Below are positions 10,376 to 19,799 of a DNA stretch of 64,000 nt, piece by piece. This DNA is from Bacillota bacterium (GTDB lineage: Bacteria > Bacillota > DTU025 > MWDF01), in the NCBI GenBank assembly GCA_029565935.1, contig JAKQNF010000002.1, forward strand, positions 67,065 through 131,064, written 5' to 3'. Made by a program: the position numbers and the translations under genes. The notes under the pieces were generated by a model. That model saw only the letters and a program-made list of their open reading frames with translations, made no database searches and was not told the DNA's origin. Within the stretch, counting starts at the first letter, position 1. The number at the start of each line of letters is the position of its first letter.

Positions 10376-11454
10376 ACAGAAGGATGGGCTTTAGCAGGAA
10401 GATGAATAGGCAGGTGAAGGCGGGTCCGCTTTGCATCGGCGGAGCGGCATCAGTGTCGGTGCAGTCGATGTGCAACACCGACACTAGAGACCCCGCAGCC
10501 ACGATAAGGCAGATAAAGGAGCTTGAAGCATCAGGCTGCCAGCTCATAAGGGTCGCCGTACCGGACATGGAAGCAGCATCTGCCTTGAAGGCGATCGTCC
10601 AAGGATCAAAGGTGCCTCTTTGTGCCGACATACACTTCGACCACAAGCTCGCGCTAGAAGCGATCGAAGCTGGAATATCCAAGGTCAGGATAAACCCCGG
10701 CAACATAGGGTCCGACGCTAAGGTGAAGGAGGTCGTAAGTGCCGCCTCCTCGAGGGGCATACCCATCAGGATCGGCGTGAATTCCGGCTCCCTCCAGCCG
10801 GCACTGGTGGCGAAATACGGCAGGACGGCCCTTGCGCTGGCCGAAAGCGCCCTTGGCGAGCTATCGGTGTTTGAAAGGCTCGGGTTTTATGATACTGTAT
10901 TGTCTGTTAAATCCACGGATGTATCTGAGACCGTGGAGGCGAACAGGATAATCTCGGACAAGGTCCGCTACCCGATACATCTCGGTCTCACCGAGGCGGG
11001 ACCTCCGGATACGGGGATAATACGTTCGTCGGCAGCCATCGGGACCCTCCTGCTTGAGGGCATCGGCGATACCATAAGGATAAGCCTGACCGGGGATCCG
11101 GTCCTTGAGGTAAAGGCTGGCAGGGAGCTTTTGAAGAGCCTGGGGCTAATGAAGGGCCTTAAGATCGTCTCTTGTCCCACCTGCGGAAGGACCCGGGGCG
11201 ATGTAGCCGGGCTCGTCGAGAAAGTAAGAGCCGGCCTTCGGGGACTGGATCCAGACATCACGGTAGCCATAATGGGATGCGAGGTCAACGGCCCTGGTGA
11301 GGCGTCGGAAGCGGATTTCGGGCTTGCCTGCGGACAGGGCATGGCAATAATATTCAGGAAAGGCGCCGTAGTCGATAGGATACCTTACGAAGATGCGGCG
11401 AAGGCACTGCTGGAAATGATCCTACAAGTTGCACCGGGAGCTGATGACAGATGA
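10372..11454 (+). CDS. ispG: 4-hydroxy-3-methylbut-2-enyl-diphosphate synthase (flavodoxin)
   Basis: ..SVQSMCNTDTRD.. and the C-terminal Cys cluster SCPTCGRT..GCEVNGPGE are present. The start is GTG 10372 or ATG 10384. Confidence 0.88.
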   Translation: MNRRMGFSRKMNRQVKAGPLCIGGAASVSVQSMCNTDTRDPAATIRQIKELEASGCQLIRVAVPDMEAASALKAIVQGSKVPLCADIHFDHKLALEAIEAGISKVRINPGNIGSDAKVKEVVSAASSRGIPIRIGVNSGSLQPALVAKYGRTALALAESALGELSVFERLGFYDTVLSVKSTDVSETVEANRIISDKVRYPIHLGLTEAGPPDTGIIRSSAAIGTLLLEGIGDTIRISLTGDPVLEVKAGRELLKSLGLMKGLKIVSCPTCGRTRGDVAGLVEKVRAGLRGLDPDITVAIMGCEVNGPGEASEADFGLACGQGMAIIFRKGAVVDRIPYEDAAKALLEMILQVAPGADDR

Positions 11455-13184
11455 GAATGAGCGAGATTTTCGCGCCCACGCTGCGCGAAGTACCGGCAGA
11501 GGCGGAGATAGCGAGCCACAAGCTTATGCTGAGGGCAGCGCTGATGCGCAAGACCATGGCCGGCGTTTACACATACCTCCCCCTGGGATGGAGGTCCATA
11601 AGGAAAGTGGAGCAGATAGTCAGGGAGGAGATGGACAGGCAATGCGGGCAGGAGCTGTTCATGCCTGCGTTGCAGAACCCCGAGCCCTGGCAGAGGACGG
11701 GAAGGTACGATGACTACGGCAGCGAGATGTTCAAGTTCAAGGACCGCGGCGGAAGGGAAGTATGCCTCGGCCCCACCCACGAGGAGAACATCACCACGCA
11801 CGTAGCCGACGAAGTACGCTCATACAGGCAACTTCCGAAGCTCCTGTACCAGATACAGACCAAGTTCAGAGACGAGATCAGGCCCAGGTACGGCGTCATG
11901 CGCGGCAGGGAGTTCATAATGAAGGACCTGTACAGCTTCGATGCCGACCAGAAGGGGCTGGATAAGTCGTTCGAAAGGATGTACGAGGCATATTGTAGGG
12001 CCTTCACGCGCATGGGGCTGGATTTCCTCATCGTCGAGGCGGATTCCGGGGCCATCGGCGGCAAGGTATCGAAGGAATACATGGCCATAGCGGACATAGG
12101 TGAAGCTGACATCGTGGTATGCGAGAAGTGCAGCTATGGCGCGAACGTAGAAAGGGCCGAGATAACGGCGAGGCCTGAGGCATGCCCGTGTGATTGCCCT
12201 CCCAAAAGCAAGGTGGAAACACCCGATGTAAGGACCATCGAACAGCTCGAGAAGTATCTTTCGGTACCTGCCGACAGGATGATAAAGACCCTGGTCTACC
12301 TGGCTGACGGAGAACCCGTCGTAGCCTTGATAAGAGGAGACAGGGAACTCAACGAGCTGAAGCTGAGGAACGCCGTCGGCGCCAAGGAGGTCGCCCTGGC
12401 GGACGAGGAGACGATCCTCAAGGTCACAGGGGCCCCCGTAGGATTCGCAGGACCGGTCGGAATAAGGTGCGCCAAAGTATTGGCCGATTTTGAGATTCCT
12501 GCCGTAAAGTGCGGAGTTTCCGGCGCAAACGAGAAGGACGTACATTACAAGGACCTATGCTACGGGAGGGATTTCGGTCCTTTCGAGCTGGCTGACCTGA
12601 GGAACGCGGTAGCCGGCGACATGTGCCCGGAATGCTCGAATCCCCTTATCGCAAAGAAGGGGATCGAAGTGGGCCATCTGTTCAAGCTCGGCACGAAATA
12701 CAGCGTACCTCTGGGCTGCACGTACCTTGACGATAAAGGGGAATCCCATCCTATGGTGATGGGATGCTACGGCATCGGGATCACAAGATGCGTAGCTGCC
12801 ATTATTGAGCAGCACAGCGACGAGAAGGGCATAATCTGGCCGATGTCGGTAGCACCCTACCAATGTCTGGTGGTTGTCGTGAACACGACCGACGAACGTC
12901 AGTCGCGGGCCGGAGAGGTGCTCTATGCGCAGCTGAAGGAAGCCGGCGTAGAGGTCGTGCTTGACGACAGGGACGAAAGGCCTGGTGTCAAGTTCAACGA
13001 CGCCGACCTTATCGGCATACCAATAAGGGTGACTATTGGACAGAAGGGCCTTGACAAGGGGTGCGTGGAGCTCAAGATGAGGCGAGATTCACAAGCAGTG
13101 CTGATTCCCGTAGAAGATGCCGCCAAGCAGATCAGGGCGATCGTGGGCGCCGAGATCGAAGGCCTGGATCCCGATAAGAGGTGA
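11451..13184 (+). CDS. proS: Prolyl-tRNA synthetase (bacterial type with editing domain)
   Basis: It is 577 aa. Class II motifs (..FRDEIRPRYGVMRGREFIMKD..), an INS editing domain and a C-terminal anticodon-binding domain are present. Confidence 0.9.
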   Translation: MRMSEIFAPTLREVPAEAEIASHKLMLRAALMRKTMAGVYTYLPLGWRSIRKVEQIVREEMDRQCGQELFMPALQNPEPWQRTGRYDDYGSEMFKFKDRGGREVCLGPTHEENITTHVADEVRSYRQLPKLLYQIQTKFRDEIRPRYGVMRGREFIMKDLYSFDADQKGLDKSFERMYEAYCRAFTRMGLDFLIVEADSGAIGGKVSKEYMAIADIGEADIVVCEKCSYGANVERAEITARPEACPCDCPPKSKVETPDVRTIEQLEKYLSVPADRMIKTLVYLADGEPVVALIRGDRELNELKLRNAVGAKEVALADEETILKVTGAPVGFAGPVGIRCAKVLADFEIPAVKCGVSGANEKDVHYKDLCYGRDFGPFELADLRNAVAGDMCPECSNPLIAKKGIEVGHLFKLGTKYSVPLGCTYLDDKGESHPMVMGCYGIGITRCVAAIIEQHSDEKGIIWPMSVAPYQCLVVVVNTTDERQSRAGEVLYAQLKEAGVEVVLDDRDERPGVKFNDADLIGIPIRVTIGQKGLDKGCVELKMRRDSQAVLIPVEDAAKQIRAIVGAEIEGLDPDKR

Positions 13185-13188
13185 TCCG

Positions 13189-13830
13189 ATGAAGGTTTGC
13201 GCTATAGTACCGGCCTATAATGAGGGTCCCAGGGTGGCGGCAGTCACCTCCGTGCTCAAGAAATGCAGGAAGGTAGACCAGATACTCGTCATAAACGACG
13301 GATCGACGGACAATACGGCCGAAGCCGCCGGAGCGACCGGGGTTGAAGTCCTGTCCCTACCGCACAACATGGGTAAGGGCGCCGCGGTGGCAAGGGGTAT
13401 ATCGGCCACTACCAGCGACGTCATATTGCTTATGGATGCGGATCTGGTCGGGCTAACTGAGAAGCACGTCGATGACCTGCTCGATCCGGTAATCAACGGG
13501 GAAGCGGACATGACAGTTGGGATATTCAGGTTCGGGAGGGTCTTCACGGACCTTGCACAGATGATGACGACGTTCCTTTCCGGTCAGAGGGCGATCAACA
13601 GGTCCTTGATAGAACCTTCGGAGCTCGAGAACACCGAGTACGGCCTGGAGACGATGATCACCCAGATCGCGAACGAGAAGTCCCTAAGAGTGAAGAAAGT
13701 GTACCTCGACGATCTTACCCAGGTCGTCAAGGAGGAGAAACTGGGACTGGCCGAAGGAAGCAAACTCCGCGCAAAGATGTACTGGCACGTCATAAAGCAG
13801 GTATTCAAGAGGTTGTTCAGGATAAAATAG
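13189..13830 (+). CDS. Family-2 glycosyltransferase (polyprenyl-phosphate / dolichol-P-sugar synthase-like)
   Basis: VCAIVPAYNEGPRV..INDGSTDNT..MDADL are GT2 DxD-type motifs. The ATG at 13189 sits after the proS stop. No equivalent gene lies between proS and polC in Bacillus. Confidence 0.7.
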   Translation: MKVCAIVPAYNEGPRVAAVTSVLKKCRKVDQILVINDGSTDNTAEAAGATGVEVLSLPHNMGKGAAVARGISATTSDVILLMDADLVGLTEKHVDDLLDPVINGEADMTVGIFRFGRVFTDLAQMMTTFLSGQRAINRSLIEPSELENTEYGLETMITQIANEKSLRVKKVYLDDLTQVVKEEKLGLAEGSKLRAKMYWHVIKQVFKRLFRIK

Positions 13831-13834
13831 CATC

Positions 13835-16800
13835 ATGGGGTGGTCATCCTTGCATTATCGCTTGATGCCCTCGGACGGGCATATGGATTTGAAGAAGTTC
13901 CTAGAATCGATAACGGACACGCCAGCCTCGAAAGAGCTGGCTTTTTGTCGTATAAGGGAAATCCTGGTGGGTTTTAAGGACGGCGGCTGGACCGTTCGCA
14001 TGGAAGGTCCGGCAGAGCACATGGAGGAAGCTGTGCTCTGCGTGGGCCGGGCACTTGCGGAACGTGCCGCCGACATCAGGGCAGAGATCAGCTACCTTCC
14101 GTACGAGAAGGACATGTGGATCAAGAAGGCATGGTCCTCGCTGGCTGCAAGGGTATCGTGTACTAGCGGCGTCAACCTCGGAGCGTTGCTGTCATGCGAA
14201 CCTTCTTGGGATGGTCCGGTTGGGCTGACGGTACCTAGCGAAGCCCAGTTGATGTCATTCGAAAAGCGCGAAGTGCCCGAGGCTATATCGGACATTGTAA
14301 ACGCGAAGACGGGCGTCAGCGTCGAAGTAAAGCTGTCCTGCGCGGCCGTGAGGAGCACCGACTACTCCGATTCTCTGCCAGAAGAGCCCGAGCAGGAGGA
14401 ACAATCATCCAGTACGGACGAGGACGTATCCGGCATCCATGTCTACGGCAGTCCTATAAAGATAGCGTCGGTCGATATCTCGGGCATCGTGGACCAGTCG
14501 GATTATGTAGCCGTCGAAGGCGAAGCCATGAACCAGGCGGTGTTTTCGTCAAAATGGGACAAGGCCGTGCTGTCATTCATAGTGGCGGATCCGACCGGAG
14601 CGATCTACTGCAGCATAAGCGCAGATAGCGAGGACGACCTCCCCACAGTGGAAGGCCGTGTCAAGGTCGCTGGCAGCGTGGTCATGGATGACAGGAAGGG
14701 TACGCAGGACGCCGAACCTCTGATGCTCGTGGAGGACGTCGAGGCCTGCGAGAACCGCGCGCCTGACGTCCTGAGACCATGCCAAAGGGTCGAACTACAC
14801 TGCCATACGAAGATGAGCGCACTTGATTCCGTAAGTGATCCAGAGGACGTCGTAATGGCGGCAAAGCAGATGGGCCAGACCGCGGTGGCCATCACGGACC
14901 ACGGCGTGATCTATTCCTTCCCTCGCTTCTACCAGGCGGCCTCCAGGATGGGGATCAAGCCCGTCTTCGGTATGGAAGGATACCTGAAGGACGAAATATC
15001 CGAGGACACCTCGCATTTTACCGTGCTCGTGAAGGACAAGGAAGGTTTGGCCAACCTTTACAGGATGGTCTCAAAATCGCATCTGGAGTACTTTAAGCGG
15101 CACCCGCTCGTCCCGAGGAGCCTTGCGCTAGAGCTAAGACGGGGTCTTCTCTATGGTTCGGCGTGCGCAGGCGGTGAGCTTTTCCGGCTGGCATTGAGGG
15201 GGGCCGATGAGGCTGAGCTGATCGAAGCCATGCGATTCTACGATTATGTAGAGGTGATGCCCGCTGAGAACAGCTCATATCTCGTAAGGGAGGGTACACT
15301 TCCGGACTTGGACGCCATAAGGTCCCTTAACAAGAAGCTTGTGGAGGCCGCCAAGAAGGCGGGCAAGCCCTTCGTCGCCACCGGTGACGTCCACTACCTG
15401 AGGAAAGAGGATTCCACCCTTAGGAAAGTGCTCCTCGCAGGGCAGGATTATAAGGATTTCGACGAGCAGCCCCCTTTGCATATGAGGACGACCGAGGAGA
15501 TGCTGCGAGAGTTCGCATATCTCGGGAAGCAGGACGCGCTAAGGGCCGTCGTACTGGGTCCCAACATGATGGTCGACGGGATAGAAAGCCTGAAGCCCGT
15601 CCCTGATGGCCTTAGCACCCCGATCATAGAAGGCGCCGAGGAAGACGTTAGGGACATCTCCAGGTCCGAGGCAGAGCGCCTGTACGGCAGCCCCTTGCCG
15701 GAAGCAGTGGGGAAGCGCCTTGACAAGGAGCTTAGTTCGATCATAGGCAACGGCTTCGCCAGCATCTACCTAGTCGCAATGAAGCTGGTCAAGAAGTCGT
15801 TGTCGGACGGCTATCTCGTAGGCTCGAGAGGTTCCGTCGGATCTTCCCTGGTCGCTACGCTGCTGGGAATAACCGAGGTGAATCCGCTACCGCCGCATTA
15901 TAGATGCGGGCACTGCAAGACGTCGGACTTCGGCCCGTTCGCACAGAAGCACGGCTTCGACCTGCCAGATAGGGAGTGTCCTTCCTGCGGGAAGATGATG
16001 GGCAAAGAAGGACACGATATTCCGTTCGAGGTGTTCCTCGGCTTCGAGGGGGACAAGGTACCGGACATAGACCTCAACTTCTCCGGTGAGTACCAACCGA
16101 GGATACACAAATATACTGAGGAGATGTTCGGGGCCGACAATGTATTCAGGGCGGGGACTATAGGCACGATAGCGGAGAAGACCGCCTATGGCTTCGTAAG
16201 GGCCCTAGAGGAACGATCGGGCGCGAAGGTCGGCAGGGCGCAATCCGCGCGCCTCGCCATAGGCGCGACCGGCGTAAGGAGGACCACCGGTCAGCATCCC
16301 GGGGGGATCATCGTCCTTCCCGAGGGGCGGGACATACATGAGTTCACACCCGTCCAACATCCGGCGAACTCGAAGGAGAAGGGCATAATCACGACCCATT
16401 TCGAGTACACCGCGCTCCATGACAATCTTTTGAAGCTTGACCTTCTCGGGCATGACGACCCGACCATGATAAGGATGCTGGAGGAGATAACAGGAGAATC
16501 TTTCAGGCAAGTACCGTTCGACGACGCCGCGACGATGTCCATTTTCTCAGGGATAGACGCGCTCGGCATCGACGCCAGGAAGTACGGGCAGGAAGTGGGG
16601 ACCATCGGCATACCCGAGTTCGGCACCAGGTTCGTGCGAGGCATGCTGTCCGAGACCAGGCCATCCACTTTCGACGAGCTCGTCAGGATATCCGGCCTTT
16701 CCCACGGCACCAACGTATGGTTGGACAATGCGCGGGATGTCATCAGGAGCGGAGACGGCGGCCTCAAGGACGTGATATCCGTAAGGGACGACATCATGAA

Positions 16801-17479
16801 CTTCCTCATATCCAAAGGCATGCCTCCGAAGAGCGCCTTCCAGATAATGGAGCGGGTTAGGAAGGGCAAGGGCCTGTCTCAAGCGGACGAGGCCGCGATG
16901 TCGGGCCTGGCCCTGCCCGACTGGTACGTCGATTCCTGCAACAAGATCAAGTACATGTTCCCGAAGGCTCATGCATGCGCATACGTCATGATGGCCTTCA
17001 GGATAGCCTACGCAAAGGTACACATGCCCGTTGCCTTCTATAGCGCGTACCTTACGATCAGGGCCCTCGATTTCGATCCCTCGTTCGCGTCCATGTCGGT
17101 GAGGGAAATGGACAAAGCCATCCGCGCCGTGGATTCCAACAAGGCCGCAACCCAGAAGGAGAAGGACGTCGTCCCTGTGCTCGAGGTGCTGAGGGAATCA
17201 CTACTTAGGGGCATAAGGATCAAGCAGGTGGACATCGCATCCTCCCATCCTACGAGATTCACTTCCGAGGTGGACGGCATAAGGGCGCCATTGTCATCAG
17301 TGCCCAGGTTGGGGGAGAAGGCCTCCTTGAAGATTGGCGAGGCAAGGTCGAAATCGCCGTTCAGCTCAATTGACGAGCTGAAGAGAAGAGCCGGCCTGAC
17401 GAAGGCGCACATATCGGCCCTCAGGGACGCCGGTGCCTTGTCCGGGCTTAAGGAAAGCGAACACCTGGAACTGTTCTGA
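13835..17479 (+). CDS. polC: DNA polymerase III PolC-type (Gram-positive replicative polymerase), apparently lacking the 3'-5' exonuclease insertion
   Basis: The N-domain comes first. An OB fold follows. The PHP domain has VELHCHTKMSALDS.. The PolC-specific GSRGSVGSSLVATLLGITEVNPLPPHYRCGHCK..CPSCGK zinc module comes next. The palm region is present. Position after proS and before rimP-nusA matches Bacillus. Length is 1214 aa, against about 1430 aa for canonical PolC. Confidence 0.85.
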   Translation: MGWSSLHYRLMPSDGHMDLKKFLESITDTPASKELAFCRIREILVGFKDGGWTVRMEGPAEHMEEAVLCVGRALAERAADIRAEISYLPYEKDMWIKKAWSSLAARVSCTSGVNLGALLSCEPSWDGPVGLTVPSEAQLMSFEKREVPEAISDIVNAKTGVSVEVKLSCAAVRSTDYSDSLPEEPEQEEQSSSTDEDVSGIHVYGSPIKIASVDISGIVDQSDYVAVEGEAMNQAVFSSKWDKAVLSFIVADPTGAIYCSISADSEDDLPTVEGRVKVAGSVVMDDRKGTQDAEPLMLVEDVEACENRAPDVLRPCQRVELHCHTKMSALDSVSDPEDVVMAAKQMGQTAVAITDHGVIYSFPRFYQAASRMGIKPVFGMEGYLKDEISEDTSHFTVLVKDKEGLANLYRMVSKSHLEYFKRHPLVPRSLALELRRGLLYGSACAGGELFRLALRGADEAELIEAMRFYDYVEVMPAENSSYLVREGTLPDLDAIRSLNKKLVEAAKKAGKPFVATGDVHYLRKEDSTLRKVLLAGQDYKDFDEQPPLHMRTTEEMLREFAYLGKQDALRAVVLGPNMMVDGIESLKPVPDGLSTPIIEGAEEDVRDISRSEAERLYGSPLPEAVGKRLDKELSSIIGNGFASIYLVAMKLVKKSLSDGYLVGSRGSVGSSLVATLLGITEVNPLPPHYRCGHCKTSDFGPFAQKHGFDLPDRECPSCGKMMGKEGHDIPFEVFLGFEGDKVPDIDLNFSGEYQPRIHKYTEEMFGADNVFRAGTIGTIAEKTAYGFVRALEERSGAKVGRAQSARLAIGATGVRRTTGQHPGGIIVLPEGRDIHEFTPVQHPANSKEKGIITTHFEYTALHDNLLKLDLLGHDDPTMIRMLEEITGESFRQVPFDDAATMSIFSGIDALGIDARKYGQEVGTIGIPEFGTRFVRGMLSETRPSTFDELVRISGLSHGTNVWLDNARDVIRSGDGGLKDVISVRDDIMNFLISKGMPPKSAFQIMERVRKGKGLSQADEAAMSGLALPDWYVDSCNKIKYMFPKAHACAYVMMAFRIAYAKVHMPVAFYSAYLTIRALDFDPSFASMSVREMDKAIRAVDSNKAATQKEKDVVPVLEVLRESLLRGIRIKQVDIASSHPTRFTSEVDGIRAPLSSVPRLGEKASLKIGEARSKSPFSSIDELKRRAGLTKAHISALRDAGALSGLKESEHLELF

Positions 17480-17487
17480 TGTGGCAC

Positions 17488-17516
17488 TTGCCTTTTGGGG
17501 GAATATATTATAAAAT
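17488..17516 (+). promoter_or_regulatory. Putative sigma-A promoter of the rimP-nusA-infB operon (TTGCCT - 17 nt - TAAAAT)
   Basis: Hexamers were read directly with 17-nt spacing, in the 135-nt polC-rimP gap. Confidence 0.35.
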
Positions 17517-17548
17517 TTCTTTGGTAGCCAATGCTTTGTTTGTTTTCA

Positions 17549-17578
17549 GGAGTGGGTTGTTCCCACTCTTTCGTGTTT
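17549..17578 (+). terminator. Leader hairpin plus U-tract (attenuator-like intrinsic terminator) upstream of rimP-nusA
   Basis: GGAGTGGG-TTGTT-CCCACTC is followed by TTTCGTGTTT, about 37 nt before the rimP start. Confidence 0.4.
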
Positions 17579-17614
17579 AGAAGACCGACGAAGCCTTAAA
17601 CGGGGGATCCAAGC

Positions 17615-18076
17615 ATGGACGTAAGGGGAGTTGAGCTGCAGGTACAGAGGGCAGTCGGGCCCGTAGCCGAAAGGATGGGCCTGACGTTGTTGGATGTCGA
17701 GCTCTCCTCAGAGGGGGCGGGCTGGTACCTTAGGCTGTACATAGATAAGGAATCAGGAGTGGGCATAGACGACTGCGCGCGACTTAGCGAGGAAGCGGAC
17801 GGGCTCCTCGACAGCATGGACCCGATCCCTCACGCCTATGTCCTTGAAGTCACGTCCTCGGGTGAGAAGCCTCTGAGATTCGCGGAAGAATACGAGAAGT
17901 ACGCGGGAAAGAACGTGCTGATATCGACATACAAGCAGGTGAACGGGCTGAAGAAGCACGAGGGGAGACTGATCGGCCTTATCGAGGGCGAAGTCGTGAT
18001 CGAGGATGACAATGGCAAGCAGTCGAGGATACCTTTCGAATTGGTGAGCAAGGCCAGGTTGGCCGCTAGATATTAG
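17615..18076 (+). CDS. rimP: Ribosome maturation factor RimP
   Basis: It is 153 aa with the RimP signature (..GLTLLDVELSSEGAGWYLRLYIDKESGVGIDDC..). It lies immediately upstream of nusA. Confidence 0.85.
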   Translation: MDVRGVELQVQRAVGPVAERMGLTLLDVELSSEGAGWYLRLYIDKESGVGIDDCARLSEEADGLLDSMDPIPHAYVLEVTSSGEKPLRFAEEYEKYAGKNVLISTYKQVNGLKKHEGRLIGLIEGEVVIEDDNGKQSRIPFELVSKARLAARY

Positions 18077-18091
18077 GGGGTCGTAAGGGAA

Positions 18092-19195
18092 ATGAGCCAG
18101 CAGATAGAGGGCAAGGAGATCATAAGCGCCATAATGGAGATTGAGCGCTCCCGGGGCATATCGAAGGATGTGCTCATCCCGGCGCTTGAGACTGCTCTTA
18201 GCGCTGCTTACAGGAAGCACTACAGCGCAATCCACTCCAACGTGAAGGTAACGATAGCGCCCGACAGCGGAGAGCTCAAAGTCGTCGCCCTCAAGACGGC
18301 GGTCGAGGAAGTGGTCGACGACAGGTCGGAGATGGACATCAAGGAAGCCGTCGGATACGGAGCGGCTCAGGTCGGCGACGTGGTTGAGATTCCCGTCAAG
18401 CTCGACGACTTCGTCAGCGGAAGGATAGCCGCACAGACCGCCAAGCAGGTCATCGTCCAGAAGATAAGGGAAGCCGAGCGCGGCATGATATATACCGAGT
18501 TCGCAGACCGCGAGGGCGATATAATCACCGGCGTGGTACAGAGGGTGGACCCGAGGAACGTAGTAGTCGAGATAAACAGGGTCGAGGCATTCCTGCCGCA
18601 GCACGAGCAGATACCCGGGGAGCGGTACATGGTCGGCTCCAGGATCAAGTGCTACGTCTTCGAAGTGAAGAAGCTGCAGCGCGGCTCGACGACCATCCAG
18701 CTTTCCAGGACCCATCCAAATCTTCTAAGGAAGCTCCTCGAACTCGAAGTGCCCGAGATAAAAAGCGGTCTCGTCGAGATCAAGTCGATAGCGAGGGAGG
18801 CGGGCTCAAGGTCGAAGGTCGCCGTCTATTCCCACGATCCCAACGTGGATCCCGTAGGCGCGTGCGTGGGTACCAAGGGCGCCCGCATACAGAGCATCGT
18901 CATGGAACTTTCCAACGAGAAGATCGACATAATACCCTGGTCGGAGAACTTCGCCGAGTTCGTTGGTAACGCACTGAGCCCCGCGAGGCCCACCAAGGTG
19001 ATCCCCGACCCGCTTACAAAGGTCGCCACGGTCATAGTGCCTACCTCTCAGCTCTCCCTGGCCATAGGCCGCGAAGGCCAGAATGCCAGGCTGGCCGCAA
19101 AGGTTACCGGCTGGAAGGTGGACATCAAGAGCGAGGCGCAGATGGAAGAGACCGGGGAGTACGGTTTCACCAGCACCGAGAAGGTTGATTTCTAG
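18092..19195 (+). CDS. nusA: Transcription termination/antitermination factor NusA
   Basis: It is 367 aa. The N-terminal domain, S1 domain (..GDIITGVVQRVD..) and two KH domains are present. Confidence 0.9.
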   Translation: MSQQIEGKEIISAIMEIERSRGISKDVLIPALETALSAAYRKHYSAIHSNVKVTIAPDSGELKVVALKTAVEEVVDDRSEMDIKEAVGYGAAQVGDVVEIPVKLDDFVSGRIAAQTAKQVIVQKIREAERGMIYTEFADREGDIITGVVQRVDPRNVVVEINRVEAFLPQHEQIPGERYMVGSRIKCYVFEVKKLQRGSTTIQLSRTHPNLLRKLLELEVPEIKSGLVEIKSIAREAGSRSKVAVYSHDPNVDPVGACVGTKGARIQSIVMELSNEKIDIIPWSENFAEFVGNALSPARPTKVIPDPLTKVATVIVPTSQLSLAIGREGQNARLAAKVTGWKVDIKSEAQMEETGEYGFTSTEKVDF

Positions 19196-19206
19196 GGGAG
19201 GATGCC

Positions 19207-19485
19207 TTGAACAAGATCAAGAAGCAACCTACAAGGACATGCCTTGGATGCGGGGGCGCCTTCGACAAGAAGTCCCTCGTGAGGATAGTCCGTACGCCGG
19301 AAGGGGAGGTCCTAGTAGATCCCACTGGGAAGAGATCAGGCCGCGGGGCGTACGTATGCAGGGACAAGGCGTGCCTCGAGAAGGCCATAAAGGGCAAAAG
19401 GCTGCAGCGTTCTCTCGAAAAGGAGATAGGACCTGAGATCTACGAGCAGCTTAGAGAATCGATGGAGGTACAAGGTGGACCTTAG
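19207..19485 (+). CDS. ylxR: YlxR/RnpM-family RNA-binding protein (DUF448)
   Basis: The RTCLGCGGAFDKKSLVRIV motif is present. It is 92 aa and lies between nusA and the L7Ae-like gene, as in Bacillus. Confidence 0.75.
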   Translation: MNKIKKQPTRTCLGCGGAFDKKSLVRIVRTPEGEVLVDPTGKRSGRGAYVCRDKACLEKAIKGKRLQRSLEKEIGPEIYEQLRESMEVQGGP

Positions 19486-19771
19486 CGCAAACCTCGGATT
19501 CCTGGGTCTGGCAAGGAAGGCGGGCGCACTTGCAATCGGGTCGGACGCTGTAGAGATCACACTGGCCAAAGGCAAAGCAAAGCTGGTCGTGTTCGCCTCC
19601 GATGCCGGCAAGAGCACCCTTAGCAAGTTCAAGACCATGTGTGATGATAAAGGAGTGCCCGTCAAGGTAGCTTCCACGAAGGAAGCCATAGGGGGCGCTC
19701 TAGGAAGAAGGCAGGTGGCTGTGGCGGCCGTTACCGACGTTAATTTCGCCGCAAGGATGTTGAAGGACTGA
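19475..19771 (+). CDS. ylxQ: L7Ae/L30e-family RNA-binding protein (YlxQ-like)
   Basis: It is 98 aa with ..[12 protein letters not shown].. and an L7Ae fold signature. It is in the conserved position upstream of infB. Confidence 0.7.
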   Translation: MDLSANLGFLGLARKAGALAIGSDAVEITLAKGKAKLVVFASDAGKSTLSKFKTMCDDKGVPVKVASTKEAIGGALGRRQVAVAAVTDVNFAARMLKD

Positions 19772-19799
19772 CCCGCAAATCTCGTGGAGGTGTGGATAT

